Shown in pieces: positions 18,613 to 29,500 of a stretch of 64,000 bases of DNA. The first letter of the stretch is position 1. Every line of letters starts with the position of its first letter. The notes beneath the pieces were generated by a model that saw nothing but the letters and a program-made list of their open reading frames with translations, was not told where the DNA came from and searched no databases. Made by a program: the position numbers and the translations under genes. Source of the DNA: Acidobacteriota bacterium (GTDB lineage: Bacteria > Acidobacteriota > UBA6911 > RPQK01 > JAJDTT01); NCBI GenBank assembly GCA_965209055.1, contig OZ242374.1, positions 5,984,001 through 6,048,000 of the forward strand, in the 5' to 3' direction.

Positions 18613-20037
18613 TCAAGAGGGTTCGCCGATGGGCAGGAGTTGGACCCCTTCCCCCTCCTCGGGTTTCTTGATGCGGAACCGGACCGACGTCACCTCGGCC
18701 CCATGCGGGCCGAATCGGTTCTTGAAGCCTTCCCGCTGGCCGACCATGAAGATGGAGCCGTCCTCCAGAACGCAGGCATTGGGGTAGTAGGACTTGGGAT
18801 CGCACTTGAAGCCGCGTCCCGGCGCCGGCTTCACCCAGGTCCTTCCGTTGTCGCGGCTGTAGATCACTTCTCCGTTGTTGGGCACCTTGGGATCGTCGCT
18901 TTCGAGTTTGTGGCGGCCCCCGAAGACGACGGCGGTCACCCCGCCGGGCGTCGCCACCACGTCTCCCCGACGGAGCAGTTTGGGGCCGAGAAACTCGCTT
19001 CCGAAGTTGGGATCTTCGATGATCGGGTCGGTCAGGAGCAGGCGCGGCGGGGACCAGGTGCTTCCGTCGTCGTAGGACTGAAACCAGGCCGACGTCGGCC
19101 GGCAGAAAAATCCCAGACTGCCGTCCGGCAAATAGGCGATCGTGCCCTCGTCCATGTCGTAGTCATTGCTGCCGATCACCGAGACGGTCGACCAGGTGAG
19201 GCCCTTGTCCAGGGAGCGCATGAGGAGCATGAGCCAGCGAGGATATTCCTTGGGCCATCCCTTTCCCCCGGGAATGGGCGCGCCGGACGCGAAGAGGCGC
19301 AACGAGCCGTCCTTGCCCTCGAACATGCTGTAGGGAGCGTCCATATCGGCGAGCCCGGTGAAGCGTGTCACCTCCTTCCAGTTGTCGCCATTGTCGTCGC
19401 TCCGGAAGATGAGGATCTTCGATTGCCGGTTGGCCGCAATTCGGGCGTATTCCAGGGCAGTCGTCGGCATCTGGTTGAAGTAGCCCCAATGGGGTTTCAG
19501 CCGGACGCCCGCAAACATCGTCCCGTCACTCATCTGCGCCACGTCACCGACGTAGTAGGTCCCTCGCACCGCCGGAAACGAGCGGGGACGGCTCCAGGTC
19601 TTCCCCTGGTCCCGGCTGCGGACCCACATCATCCTCCCACCTTCGGGAGCATCCCAATCTGCGAGCCACTCAAGAGCTCCCCGTGTAAAGCGCTCCTTTT
19701 CCGGTGCCGGAATGTCCCAGGGGGTGGGCCAGGAAGCGTGCCAATAGCCGGCTGAGAAGGTCACGAACAGGTCGCCGTTCTGCAGTCGGCATACCGTGGG
19801 CCACCCGCAGTAGCCGCCAAATCCGCGGAAGGGCTCCGGCGGGTTGACGTCGGGGGAGACAATGATCTTTCGGTATTTCTCGAAATCGACCTGGGGCTCG
19901 TGGCCTGTGATCAGAGCCTCGACCGGTGGAATGGCAGCCGCGGCCGGCTTCCCTCTGCTCGCGCGGGCGAAGCCGCCGGTCGCCAAACCGGTTGCAGAAA
20001 CGGACAGGACCTCCCGGCGGGTCAATCGGAATGACAT
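18613..20037 (-). CDS. Tat-exported sialidase-like / BNR (Asp-box) repeat protein
   Basis: TRREVL Tat motif; Asp boxes SRDQGKTW, SDDNGDNW, SLDKGLTW, SYDDGSTW, SRDNGRTW. Confidence 0.85.
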   Translation of the reverse strand: MSFRLTRREVLSVSATGLATGGFARASRGKPAAAAIPPVEALITGHEPQVDFEKYRKIIVSPDVNPPEPFRGFGGYCGWPTVCRLQNGDLFVTFSAGYWHASWPTPWDIPAPEKERFTRGALEWLADWDAPEGGRMMWVRSRDQGKTWSRPRSFPAVRGTYYVGDVAQMSDGTMFAGVRLKPHWGYFNQMPTTALEYARIAANRQSKILIFRSDDNGDNWKEVTRFTGLADMDAPYSMFEGKDGSLRLFASGAPIPGGKGWPKEYPRWLMLLMRSLDKGLTWSTVSVIGSNDYDMDEGTIAYLPDGSLGFFCRPTSAWFQSYDDGSTWSPPRLLLTDPIIEDPNFGSEFLGPKLLRRGDVVATPGGVTAVVFGGRHKLESDDPKVPNNGEVIYSRDNGRTWVKPAPGRGFKCDPKSYYPNACVLEDGSIFMVGQREGFKNRFGPHGAEVTSVRFRIKKPEEGEGVQLLPIGEPS

Positions 20038-20091
20038 TGCTCAGTTTCCCTTTCGCACCAAGACAGGAGACGTTTCCGTCGCCTGAGCCTT

Positions 20092-20688
20092 CTATTTGTC
20101 GACCCACCGGCCTTCTCCCTCCACGAACCTCGCTTCTCCGATCACCCGCCCATCTCTGAGCGCGACCCACTTCCCATGCTGCTTTCCGTCCCGATAAGAA
20201 CCCTCATGGGTGGTCCCGTATCCGTCGCGAATGACCCACCTGCCATGCCGCCGGCCCCTCACATACCGGCCTTCGCCGACGGTCCCGTTGGTCCAGCGCT
20301 CGACCCAGCGCCCGTGCCGCCGACCCTTCGCAAACTTGCCTTCCGAGACGCCCCCGTCCGCCCAGTGCATGACCCATCGCCCGTGCCGCTTCCCGGCGCG
20401 CAGGCGGCCTGTGGTTTCGATGGTTTCCCGGTCTTCCTCCCAGACCCACTTCAGGGTTCCGGTGCCGCCGGCCATTCCATCGGCGCAATCGGCTGTCCAA
20501 GTCACGGAAGCGTCCGGCTCGTGGTTGGAAATCCAGACATGGCATCCCGGCCGGTTGGACAACTCCCGCCAGCAAGCCGTGCCCTTGGGCTTGCCGCCGC
20601 ACGTGGGCTCGCCCTGGAAAGAAGGCGTCGCGGCCTGTAGGGCGCTCGACAGAATCAGGACGAGAACACCCGGAATCCCTATGGACAT
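20092..20688 (-). CDS. Secreted MORN-like repeat protein
   Basis: Signal peptide, Cys-rich cap, four ~22-aa repeats G-x-Y/F-x2-G-K/R-R-H-G-x-W-V. Confidence 0.8.
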   Translation of the reverse strand: MSIGIPGVLVLILSSALQAATPSFQGEPTCGGKPKGTACWRELSNRPGCHVWISNHEPDASVTWTADCADGMAGGTGTLKWVWEEDRETIETTGRLRAGKRHGRWVMHWADGGVSEGKFAKGRRHGRWVERWTNGTVGEGRYVRGRRHGRWVIRDGYGTTHEGSYRDGKQHGKWVALRDGRVIGEARFVEGEGRWVDK

Positions 20689-20754
20689 GGGCGTTGGCTC
20701 TCTTGGTTGGCTTGTGCCATCTGCGGCGGGTTCGCAGGGATGGGCGGCATCGCT

Positions 20755-22851
20755 TCAGGCCAGGGGCGAGATCAACAGATTTCCGTATCGGTCCACATCC
20801 ACCCGATAGCCCGATTGAACCAGGGTCGTGGAATCGATTTCCTCCACGATGGCGGGGCCCTCGATCCTCTGACCGGCCTTGAGCCGGGCGCGGTCGTAGA
20901 TGGCCGTCGGCACAAAAGCGCCGTGTGACCCGAAATACACGGGCCGCTCCGCCGCCGCGGCCGCTGGGGCGCCGTTTGCCGGCAGGATCTCCCGGAGTCG
21001 GGGTTTCTGAATGGCCCCCACCGCGGTCAGCCGGAAATTCACCAGCTCGATGGGCTGGTCCGGATAACCGTGACCGTAGGCCCGGTCGTGCTCGACGTGG
21101 AACCTCTTCACCACGTCCTCCAGTTCGGCGGCGGCCACTCGGCTCCCCGGGCATTCGATGGGCAGCTCGTAGGACTGCCCCGCGTAGCGCATTTCGATCT
21201 GCCGCTGAAAACTGATGTCACCTTCCGCCAACCGCTCCCGTCTCAGGACCTCCCTCCCCTGCTCTTCCATGGCGGAGAAGATGCGATTGATCTCGTCGAA
21301 ATCCGCCCGGTCCCTGGGCATGATCCGGGTCTGGGAAAACTCGTGCTTGAGATCGGTGACCAGCAGGCCCAGCGCCGAGGCCGTCCCGGGACTCGGAGGC
21401 ACAATGAGCAGCGGGATCTGCATTTCGGCGCACAGGCGATTCGCGTGCAGCGGGCCGGCCCCGCCGAAGGCCACCATCACCAGGTCCCTGGGATCGTAGC
21501 CGCGCCGCACCGTGATGATCCGCAGCGCGTTGGTCATCTCGGCATTGGCGATCTCCACGATCCCGTTGGCGCACTCCACCGCTTCCATCCCCAGGCGCCC
21601 GGCGCATCGGCCGCGGATCCCGCGGCCGGCGGCGTCCCGGTCCAGGCCCATCTCCCCGCCCAGAAAGAACTCGGGATTGAGCCGTCCGAGAACCAGGTTG
21701 GCGTCCGTGATGGTGGGTTCCGCTCCGCCGTGTCCATAGCAGATGGGGCCCGGGTCGGCTCCCGCGCTCCGAGGTCCCACCCGCAAGATCCCTCCCGTGT
21801 CCACCCAGGCGATGCTTCCGCCTCCCGCGCCGATCTCCACCAGATCGATGACGGGGGTCCGGATCGGGTATCCGCTGCCGCGGGACTGGCCGGCCCCGGG
21901 CAACGCCTGGGCGCCGACTTCGTACTCCTTGGTCACCTTGGGGCGTCCGTCCAGAATCAGGCCCACCTTGGCCGTGGTGCCGCCCATGTCGAATGAGATG
22001 ATGTCCTGGTAGTCCAGGCCGGCGGCGATGTGGTTGGAGACGATTACGCCGGCGGCCGGCCCCGACTCCACCATGTAAGCGGGCTTCTCGGCCCCCGTTT
22101 CGAAGGTCAGGACGCCGCCGCTGGACTGCATGACCAGCAGCTCGCCGGACACCCCCTTTCCCCTCAGCCGGCGCTCGATCCCCTGCAGGTAGCTGGTGAT
22201 CACCGGCCGGACGCAGGCGTTGATGACGGTGGTGCTGGCGCGGAAATACTCGCGGAACTCGGGGCAGACGATGGAAGAGAGGGAGATGACGAGGTCCGGG
22301 TTCCGTTCCCGCAGGATTTCACCGACCCGCAGCTCATGCGCCGGATTCAGGTACGAGTGCAGGAGGCAGACGGCCACGGAGACCACGCCCTCTCCTGATA
22401 GCCGGGCGGCGATCTCTTGCACCCGGTCTTCGTCCAGCGCCAACAACACGTTTCCCTCGGCGTCCAGCCGTTCGGGGACCTCGAAGCAGAGGTCGCGGGG
22501 AACCAGAGGACGCGCCTTTTCGAAATGGATGTCGTAGAGGGAGGGCCGCACCTGGCGTCCGATCTCCAGCATGTCGCGGAAGCCCAGCGTGGTGATGAAG
22601 GCCGTGCGCGGGGTCTTCCCCTCGATCAGGGAATTGGTGGCGACCGTGGTGCCGTGCACCAGGTAGGAGACCTGATCCGGTTCCAATCCCTCCTTCAGGA
22701 TCCGGTCCACGGCGTTCACGAAACCGACGGCGGGGTCGCTGGGAGTCGAAGGAACCTTCGCGGTCCGGGTCTCTCCGGTCTCTTCCGAGATCAGGACCGC
22801 ATCGGTGAAGGTGCCTCCCACGTCGACACCCAAACGAAATCGGGTCTTCAT
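20755..22851 (-). CDS. hyuA: Hydantoinase A / oxoprolinase family (ATP-binding subunit)
   Basis: MKTRFRLGVDVGGTFTD, HGTTVATN, ESGPAAG, DMGGTT, GAGGGS, AFGGAGPLHA; ATGA overlap at 22848-22851. Confidence 0.92.
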   Translation of the reverse strand: MKTRFRLGVDVGGTFTDAVLISEETGETRTAKVPSTPSDPAVGFVNAVDRILKEGLEPDQVSYLVHGTTVATNSLIEGKTPRTAFITTLGFRDMLEIGRQVRPSLYDIHFEKARPLVPRDLCFEVPERLDAEGNVLLALDEDRVQEIAARLSGEGVVSVAVCLLHSYLNPAHELRVGEILRERNPDLVISLSSIVCPEFREYFRASTTVINACVRPVITSYLQGIERRLRGKGVSGELLVMQSSGGVLTFETGAEKPAYMVESGPAAGVIVSNHIAAGLDYQDIISFDMGGTTAKVGLILDGRPKVTKEYEVGAQALPGAGQSRGSGYPIRTPVIDLVEIGAGGGSIAWVDTGGILRVGPRSAGADPGPICYGHGGAEPTITDANLVLGRLNPEFFLGGEMGLDRDAAGRGIRGRCAGRLGMEAVECANGIVEIANAEMTNALRIITVRRGYDPRDLVMVAFGGAGPLHANRLCAEMQIPLLIVPPSPGTASALGLLVTDLKHEFSQTRIMPRDRADFDEINRIFSAMEEQGREVLRRERLAEGDISFQRQIEMRYAGQSYELPIECPGSRVAAAELEDVVKRFHVEHDRAYGHGYPDQPIELVNFRLTAVGAIQKPRLREILPANGAPAAAAAERPVYFGSHGAFVPTAIYDRARLKAGQRIEGPAIVEEIDSTTLVQSGYRVDVDRYGNLLISPLA

Positions 22852-24623
22852 TCGCGGCTTCCCCGGTCCTTCAACTGCCGGCGCAGCCGCTTGGTCTCGG
22901 CCGGTTCGACGGTCCAGCGATCCGTGTCGACCGACACTCCGTAGGCGTCGCGGGCCCGGGCCGGACTGATCTTCTCCTCGCGCACGTCGCGCAGCACCAA
23001 TTCCGGGTCCCGCTCCCAGGGCGGCCCGTATCCTCCCCCGCCGCAGGTCTCGACCCGGACGTGCTCGCCGACTCCCACCGGAGCCGTTCCCTTGGAGGGC
23101 AGCTTTCGAGGGTTCCCGGCGGAGATGGACAGGTAGCGGGCCGGCTGCCCGTCCCTGCCCTGAAACAGGCCCCAGGGCGGGAACTTGGCCCGGTCCGCCA
23201 GGGTCGTGAAAACGGGTTCGTGCTCCGGGAAGACGTATTCCCGGCAGAGACCCAGACCACCGCGGAAACGTCCGGCGCCCTCCGAGTCCGGGATCAGGTT
23301 GTAACGCGTGATGCGCACCGGATAGTTGAGTTCCGTCTCTTCGATGGGCGCATTCTGAGTGTTCTGGATGTGGGTCTGGACGGCGTCGGGCCCATCGGAA
23401 CGGTTTCGGCCGCCGTAACCCCCGGCCAAAGTCTCGAGAAACGTGTAGTACTCCCCGGTCCGGGGATCCTCTCCGCCGAACCCCACATGGCAGATCATCC
23501 CCTTGGTTCCGGCCGGGACCCGCTCCGGAACCGCCGCCGACAGGGCCTTGAAGAGGACCTCGCAAACCCGCATGGAGACCTCCCAACCTCCCACTATGGC
23601 GCCCGGGTGGCGGGCGTTCAGGGCCGACCCCTTGGGAGCGATCACCTCGATGGGCTGGTAGAAGCCCTCGTTGACGGGGATGTCCGGATCCACCAGGCAC
23701 TTCAGAACGTAGACGCAGGCGGTGAAGGTCTGCGTGAGGTTGCTGTTCATGGGAGCCGATCGCTGCGGGTCCGCTCCCGTGAAGTCGAAGGCGATCTTCC
23801 GGTCCTTCAGGGTCACCTTGGCCCTCAGGTGGACGGGACGGTCCGTGATGCCGTCGTCATCCAGACATCCTTCCGCTTCGTACGTGCCCTGGGGCAGGTT
23901 TTCCAATTCCCCTTCGATTCTCCGCGCCGTGTACTCCAGCAGCCGTTCGATGTAGAAGTCGAGGGTCTCTTTTCCGTACCGGTCCAGCAGGGCGGTCAGC
24001 CGCCGCATTCCCATGTTGTTGGCGGCGATCTGGGCCCGGAGGTCGCCGGCCACTTCCTTGGCGGCCCTCACGTTGGCCAGGATCATCTTCCAGAGCCCGG
24101 GATGGACTTCGCCCCGGGAAACCAGCTTCACCACGGGGAGGATGATTCCCTCCTGGTAGATCTCCCGAAAGGCTCCGATGCTGGCGGGAGCTCCGCCGCC
24201 CACGTCCACGTGGTGGCAGCAGTTGCTCAGGTAGCCCACCAGCTCCCCCCGGTGGAAAAACGGAGCGATGAGGAAAATGTCGTTCAGGTGGCTCGCCTGC
24301 CGGTGAGGGTCGTTGACCACCAGCATGTCGCCCGGCTCCAGGTTCCCGGCGCCGTATTCGCGGATCGCGCGCGGCACCAGGCGGCCGATGGTGACCAGGT
24401 GGGCCGGTTGGCAAAAGGCCTGGGCCACCATCCGGCCCTGCGAGTCCACGAAGGCGCAGGAATAGTCGAGCCGGGTCTTGACGTTGGTGGAGAAGGCGCT
24501 GCGCTGAATGGAGACCGACATTTCCTCCGTGGCCTCCACCAGCGCGTTTCGAATCACCTCGAAGAGGATCGGATCGAATCTTCGGTTGCCGGGTGTGGAG
24601 CCCTCTTCTTCCTTACGGATCAT
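22848..24623 (-). CDS. hyuB: Hydantoinase B / oxoprolinase family
   Basis: DPILFEVIRNAL, NDPH...HLND, HHVDVGG, EIYQEG, GAGRFRGG, CGGGGYG; ATGA overlap at 24620-24623. Confidence 0.92.
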   Translation of the reverse strand: MIRKEEEGSTPGNRRFDPILFEVIRNALVEATEEMSVSIQRSAFSTNVKTRLDYSCAFVDSQGRMVAQAFCQPAHLVTIGRLVPRAIREYGAGNLEPGDMLVVNDPHRQASHLNDIFLIAPFFHRGELVGYLSNCCHHVDVGGGAPASIGAFREIYQEGIILPVVKLVSRGEVHPGLWKMILANVRAAKEVAGDLRAQIAANNMGMRRLTALLDRYGKETLDFYIERLLEYTARRIEGELENLPQGTYEAEGCLDDDGITDRPVHLRAKVTLKDRKIAFDFTGADPQRSAPMNSNLTQTFTACVYVLKCLVDPDIPVNEGFYQPIEVIAPKGSALNARHPGAIVGGWEVSMRVCEVLFKALSAAVPERVPAGTKGMICHVGFGGEDPRTGEYYTFLETLAGGYGGRNRSDGPDAVQTHIQNTQNAPIEETELNYPVRITRYNLIPDSEGAGRFRGGLGLCREYVFPEHEPVFTTLADRAKFPPWGLFQGRDGQPARYLSISAGNPRKLPSKGTAPVGVGEHVRVETCGGGGYGPPWERDPELVLRDVREEKISPARARDAYGVSVDTDRWTVEPAETKRLRRQLKDRGSRE

Positions 24624-26392
24624 TCCGGGTCCTCGGGTGGGATGACCGGGAGCAGAATATGGGAGGGGTGGCGTCGGTCGTGGTAGACCCTCTGGGTGGC
24701 CACCACGATCTCCGGATCGATTCCGGGGGCCCCGCCGTTGTTGAGGTTGCGGTCGAAACGGGGGAAGTTGCTGCTGGAGACCTGGATGCGGATGCGGTGG
24801 CCCGGCAGGAAGGCGTGGCCCGTCACACCCATCTTGACGTTGAACTCGTAGACCGTGCCCGGCGTCATCAGGACCGGCTTTTCGAAGGACTCCCGAAAGC
24901 GGGCGCGCAGGATCCCCTCGCACAGGTTGACCGACCGGCCATCGGGAAAGACGTCGAGCAGCCGGACGGTCCAGTCGGTGTCCAACGCGGAGCTGCTGGC
25001 GTAAATCCTGGCGTTCACCGGTCCCGTGACCTCCAGTTCCTTCCCCATCGGCCGACTCGTATAGACGAGCACGTCGTCCCTGCGCTCGATGGGCCGGTGA
25101 TCGGCGGGGGGATGGGATCCGTCCCGGATTCCGGTCACCAGGGGGACCGGGTCTTCGGGGTCGTAGACGTAGGAGTCCGCCGGCTGCTCGCCGTCCGGTT
25201 GCCGGACATCCAGAGCTCCGTCCCCGAACAAGGTGTTGGCGCGGCCCTCGCTGCGAAGGTAGTAGGGCGTCCAGCGGGTCTCGGGCAGCGGCCACTCTTG
25301 GGCCTCCCTCCACTCGTTCCTGCCCATGATGAAGAGCTGCAGCGGCGGCAGGCCTTCGATGCCGTTGCCGATCCCCTTGAGCCAGCGATCCATCCATCCC
25401 AGCCAGAGTTCGTAGAGATCGACGACCGATTCTTCGCCGAAGTCGATGATGCCGGTCTTTTGCTCCGGCTTCTCGGTGTGGACCCACGGCCCCATGACGA
25501 CCTTCTGGAGCCGCTTCGCCCGCTCGGTTCCTTCGGTCCGGATGCCTTCGTAGTTGGCGAACAGGGACACGCCATGGATGTCCCACCAGCCGGCGATCTG
25601 CAGGATGGGCAGGTCCATCCTGCCGAACTTGCCGTAGTTGCCGATCTTCTTCCAGAAGTCGTCCCAACTCGAATGCCGCACCCAGTCCCGGTAGAAATCA
25701 ATGGCCCGGCCGGTGGCCTCCTCGTCCGCGGTCAGGATCGGCACGTGGCGGAAGAGCCGGTCCCAGTCGTAGAAGCTGAGCGGCTGCCGGGTCCTGGAGC
25801 TGTTGGCCATGGCCCAGGGCAGGTTGATGTGCAGTTGAAAGGCGCCTCCCGTGTAGTTCATCCCGTAGAGGTAGAAGTCCGCCGGCGCCATCTGGGGAAT
25901 GATGGTCTTGAGGTAGGGAGATCCGGTGGGGGCCGCCATCCATTGGACCAGGCCCATGTAGGACATCCCGTTCATGCCGACGTTGCCGTCCGACCAGGAT
26001 TGGGTCCCGCACCAGTCGAGTGTGTCCCTTCCGTCGTTGATCTCATGGGACCAGGCGTACCACTTGCCGTCGGAGTCGTTCCGCCCGCGGCAATCCTGAA
26101 CCACGTAGGCGTAACCCCGGCGGGCGAAGTACCGCGCCCGGTTCACGTAGAAGTTTCTACTGTTGTCGTAGGGGGTCCGTTCCAGGATGACCGGCCATTC
26201 CCCCCCCTTGTCGGGAAGATAGACGTCCGCGGACAGCTCGACGCCGTCCCGCATGGGAACCCGGACGTCGATCCGGACCGCCACCTCGTGGTCGGGCTGG
26301 GACAGGCGGTTTTGCCAACTGTGAGATTCACCCGACAGGGCCGAAGCCGAAACGAATGCGAGGAGTCCCGGGAGAAGAATATGGCGTGTCAG
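24620..26392 (-). CDS. CocE/NonD family serine hydrolase (start approximate)
   Basis: VPMRDGVEL, RTPY, DCRGR, GMSYMG nucleophile, GWWD, GPWVH, SSNFPRFDRN. Confidence 0.9.
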   Translation of the reverse strand: MTRHILLPGLLAFVSASALSGESHSWQNRLSQPDHEVAVRIDVRVPMRDGVELSADVYLPDKGGEWPVILERTPYDNSRNFYVNRARYFARRGYAYVVQDCRGRNDSDGKWYAWSHEINDGRDTLDWCGTQSWSDGNVGMNGMSYMGLVQWMAAPTGSPYLKTIIPQMAPADFYLYGMNYTGGAFQLHINLPWAMANSSRTRQPLSFYDWDRLFRHVPILTADEEATGRAIDFYRDWVRHSSWDDFWKKIGNYGKFGRMDLPILQIAGWWDIHGVSLFANYEGIRTEGTERAKRLQKVVMGPWVHTEKPEQKTGIIDFGEESVVDLYELWLGWMDRWLKGIGNGIEGLPPLQLFIMGRNEWREAQEWPLPETRWTPYYLRSEGRANTLFGDGALDVRQPDGEQPADSYVYDPEDPVPLVTGIRDGSHPPADHRPIERRDDVLVYTSRPMGKELEVTGPVNARIYASSSALDTDWTVRLLDVFPDGRSVNLCEGILRARFRESFEKPVLMTPGTVYEFNVKMGVTGHAFLPGHRIRIQVSSSNFPRFDRNLNNGGAPGIDPEIVVATQRVYHDRRHPSHILLPVIPPEDPE

Positions 26393-26519
26393 ATCAATTC
26401 TCGACGTTGTTCGGGAAGTCGGCCGGGAACTCAATCGCTCCTCCCCTGCGAAATGTCCGCCAAGAGCCGGAGGAAATGTACGCCAGAGACTAACGGCTGG
26501 GGGGTCTTCGGTCAATCGG

Positions 26520-26570
26520 AGGAGCGCCGGTTGGAGGGAACGGCGGTTTCCAACCGCCGACTCCGGGGGA
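26520..26570. repeat. REP-like hairpin
   Basis: CGGCGGTTTCCAACCGCCG, same family as 2597-2680. Confidence 0.5.
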
Positions 26571-26598
26571 CGGCGCGCAAAGCCCCCCCTTCCGGCGC

Positions 26599-29500
26599 TC
26601 AATCTCCTGCCGAACTCGTCAAGAAGCTCAACAGGTCGGCCATCTCCTTCACGCCGATCTCTTCCTCCAGCCCCTCCGGCATGCCGGACACACTGGAGAC
26701 GAACATGGCCCGGATATTCTCCCGGGGAATCGCGGTCTCCGAACCGTCTTCCCTGCGGAGGGTCACCGAAACCGGAGTCCGGGAGGCGATCACCCCTTCC
26801 TGAAGAACCCCGTTGTTCAGTTCCACCACGTACAGTTGGTAGTTGTCCGCAATCGCCCGGCTCGGCAGCATGATGTCCGACAGTAGCTCCTGCCGCGATC
26901 GATGCCGGACAGCCCCCAGATCGGGTCCGAAGCCGGTGTCGGCGCCCTCGATCTCGTGGCATTTCTCGCAGTTCTTCTCGAAAACCGCGGCGCCCTGAGC
27001 CGGGTTCCCCGCGACACCCAGCGCAGCCCGATAGCGTTCCAGGGCGGCGAGGCGCCGTCCTTCCAGCTTGCGCATCAGGTCATGGACCCGAGCCCGGATC
27101 GACGGGTCCGTGTGCATCACCAAGCGCGACTTGTGCCTCTGGCTGACGGTCCAGAAGGGGATGTCCCCGTTTTCGATGGACGTCAGCAGGAGCTCGACGG
27201 TCTCCGGTCTGGAAAGCAGCGTCGCGGTGGCTCCCAACCGCACGTCGGTCGTCATTTCCCTCCACTTGGAAATCAGCAGTTTCCCCGCCCCGTCGCCTTC
27301 CGTCCGCGCCAACGCCCGGACCGCCGCGACCTGGACTTGCTCCGGTTCCCGGTTGTCCAGGAGTCCGGCCAACAGGTCGAACCTGGACTTCGCGTCCAGG
27401 AGCGCCAGGAGACGCACCGAATCGGCCCTCAGAGCGGGGGACAACGTCCGGTCCCCGATCCTGGAGAGGACCCGATCCGGGAGGGATTTACCGACCCGGC
27501 TCAGCGGCTTCGGCGCCAGATCCAACAACTGCAGCGCCGCGCTGCGCAGCAACGGTGAGGACGATTCGGCCAGCTTCAACAGACGGCCGGTCGAGATGCC
27601 TGGTGTGCCATCGTCGCGCGATTCCCGGCGAAGCCCCCGGGCCAGCCCCTCCAGGCCGGCGGCGCGCCACCAGTCCGAAGCCGGCTTGCCCCTCCCGGAG
27701 ACCCTTTCGAAGAGCCGCCGCAGGGCCGAAGGATCGCCCGCCGCGCCGACAAGCGTCCCGATCTGCCGAAAAAATTCGACCCTCTGTTTCGATGCCGATC
27801 CGGAGAACTCGGATACGGCCAGTTCGAGCAGCTCGAGCGAACGGGGCGCGGAGGCGCTCAGCGCCGCGAGCTGAACCCAGGGGTCTTCCATGTCCTGCAG
27901 CAGCAACTGGCGGCGCGCCCGGCGGGCGGAAGGCGAATCCAGCCATCCCAGCGCGCAGAGCAGCTGGAAGCGCACCGCGGGATGGGCGTCCCCGGTCATC
28001 GCCAACAGGTCCTGCACCAGAGCGGGCGCCTGATCCAATCTCGACTCGGCGAGACGGATCGCATTTTCCCGGACTCCGGGCTCCGCGTCTTGGAGAGCAA
28101 CCTGGATGTCGGAAGTTCCCAGCGCTCCCAGACCCTCGAGCGTCCAGAGGGCGTGCAGCCGCGTGTCGGGACTGGAACTCGAACCGAACATCTCCCTCAG
28201 AGGTTCGACAGCCTCTCGACTCCGGCGGTCCACCAGCAATCGCTGCGCGTGAGTCCTCCACCAGCCGTTGGGGTGGTCCAGTGACTCCACCAGTTCCCGG
28301 TCCGAAGCCGGACCCAAGGCCAGCTTCGGATTCCATGGCGCCGGATTCTCAGATTCCGGAGTGATCCGGTAGATCCGCCCGTGCCGCCCGCCCTCGTAGA
28401 GGGCCTCCGGCCCCGGTCCGGGGTCGTGGTACTCGTCCGACATCCATTCCGGGTGCTCGATGATTCGACGGTAGTAGTCGACGACGTAAAGAGCTCCGTC
28501 CGGTCCCGCGTAAACGAAGACGGGACGGAACCAATGGTCCGTGGAGGCCAGGAACTCCGCCTCGTCCCGAATCCGGCTGGCCCTCAGCGAGACCCCGCCC
28601 TCCTTGAGGAGGTCGCTGTGCACCAGGTTGTGCGCCGGGTCGGCCACGAAAGAGGCCCGATCGTAGGGGGCGGGAAAGAGGCCGCCCGAATAGACGGCAA
28701 TCCCGCAGGCCGAAGTGAAATTCCCGATATCGGTCAGGATCCGATGTTTCGGATTCAGCGTGACCGGATAGACGCGAGGTGGATGATCGGAGACGTCCTT
28801 GGAGGTGGAGGCGGCTCCCAGCGCAGGGTTCCGGCTCAGGTACGGGGCGGCCAGAACCTGCTGGCGAATGTGCCGGACGCTGTTCAGAGTCAACAGCCGT
28901 CCCCAGCGGTCGAAACTCAAGCCGAACCCGCTGCTTCCGGAAACGGCCTCCAGTTGGTGCGTATCGGGCCGGAAACGGAGATTGCCGATTCGGTTCTCCA
29001 GGCGAGCGCCCTCGTCCCGGCCGGGGAACCGGATTTTGGAGCCCTCGTCGCCGAACTTATCCCGGAAGATGACGGTCCGGATGGGGGGCTCGTGAGCCAG
29101 GTAGATCCAGTTGTCCAGCCCGTAGCGCGGGTTGCTGACCGTGTGCTGGGGGTTGGTCAGGGCGAAACCGGTCAGAACGGCGGTCTTGACGTCGGCCCGG
29201 TTGTCGCCGTCGGTGTCCTCCAGATACCAGATGTCGGGAGCGTCGGTGACCAGCACGCCCTGCTTCCAGCGCAGGACCCCGGTGGGCAGCATGAGGTCGT
29301 CGGCAAAGACCGTGCTGCGGTCGGGCCATCCGTCGCCGTCGGTGTCCTCCAGCAACTTGACCTGCCCGTTCCGTCCTGTATTCAACGGGTAGCCGATCAT
29401 CTCCACCACGTAGACGCGGCCCTCCTCGTCGATCTCCATGGCGACCGGATCTCGAATCAGAGGTTCCGCGGCGAAGACCTCGATCCGGAAGCCCTCTTCC

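Noticed and set aside
20755-26962. N-terminal extensions of the hyuA, hyuB and CocE ORFs (also hsdR to 51946)
   Set aside because: Extensions overlap neighbouring genes; ATGA-coupled starts fit family N-termini for hyuA, hyuB and hsdR
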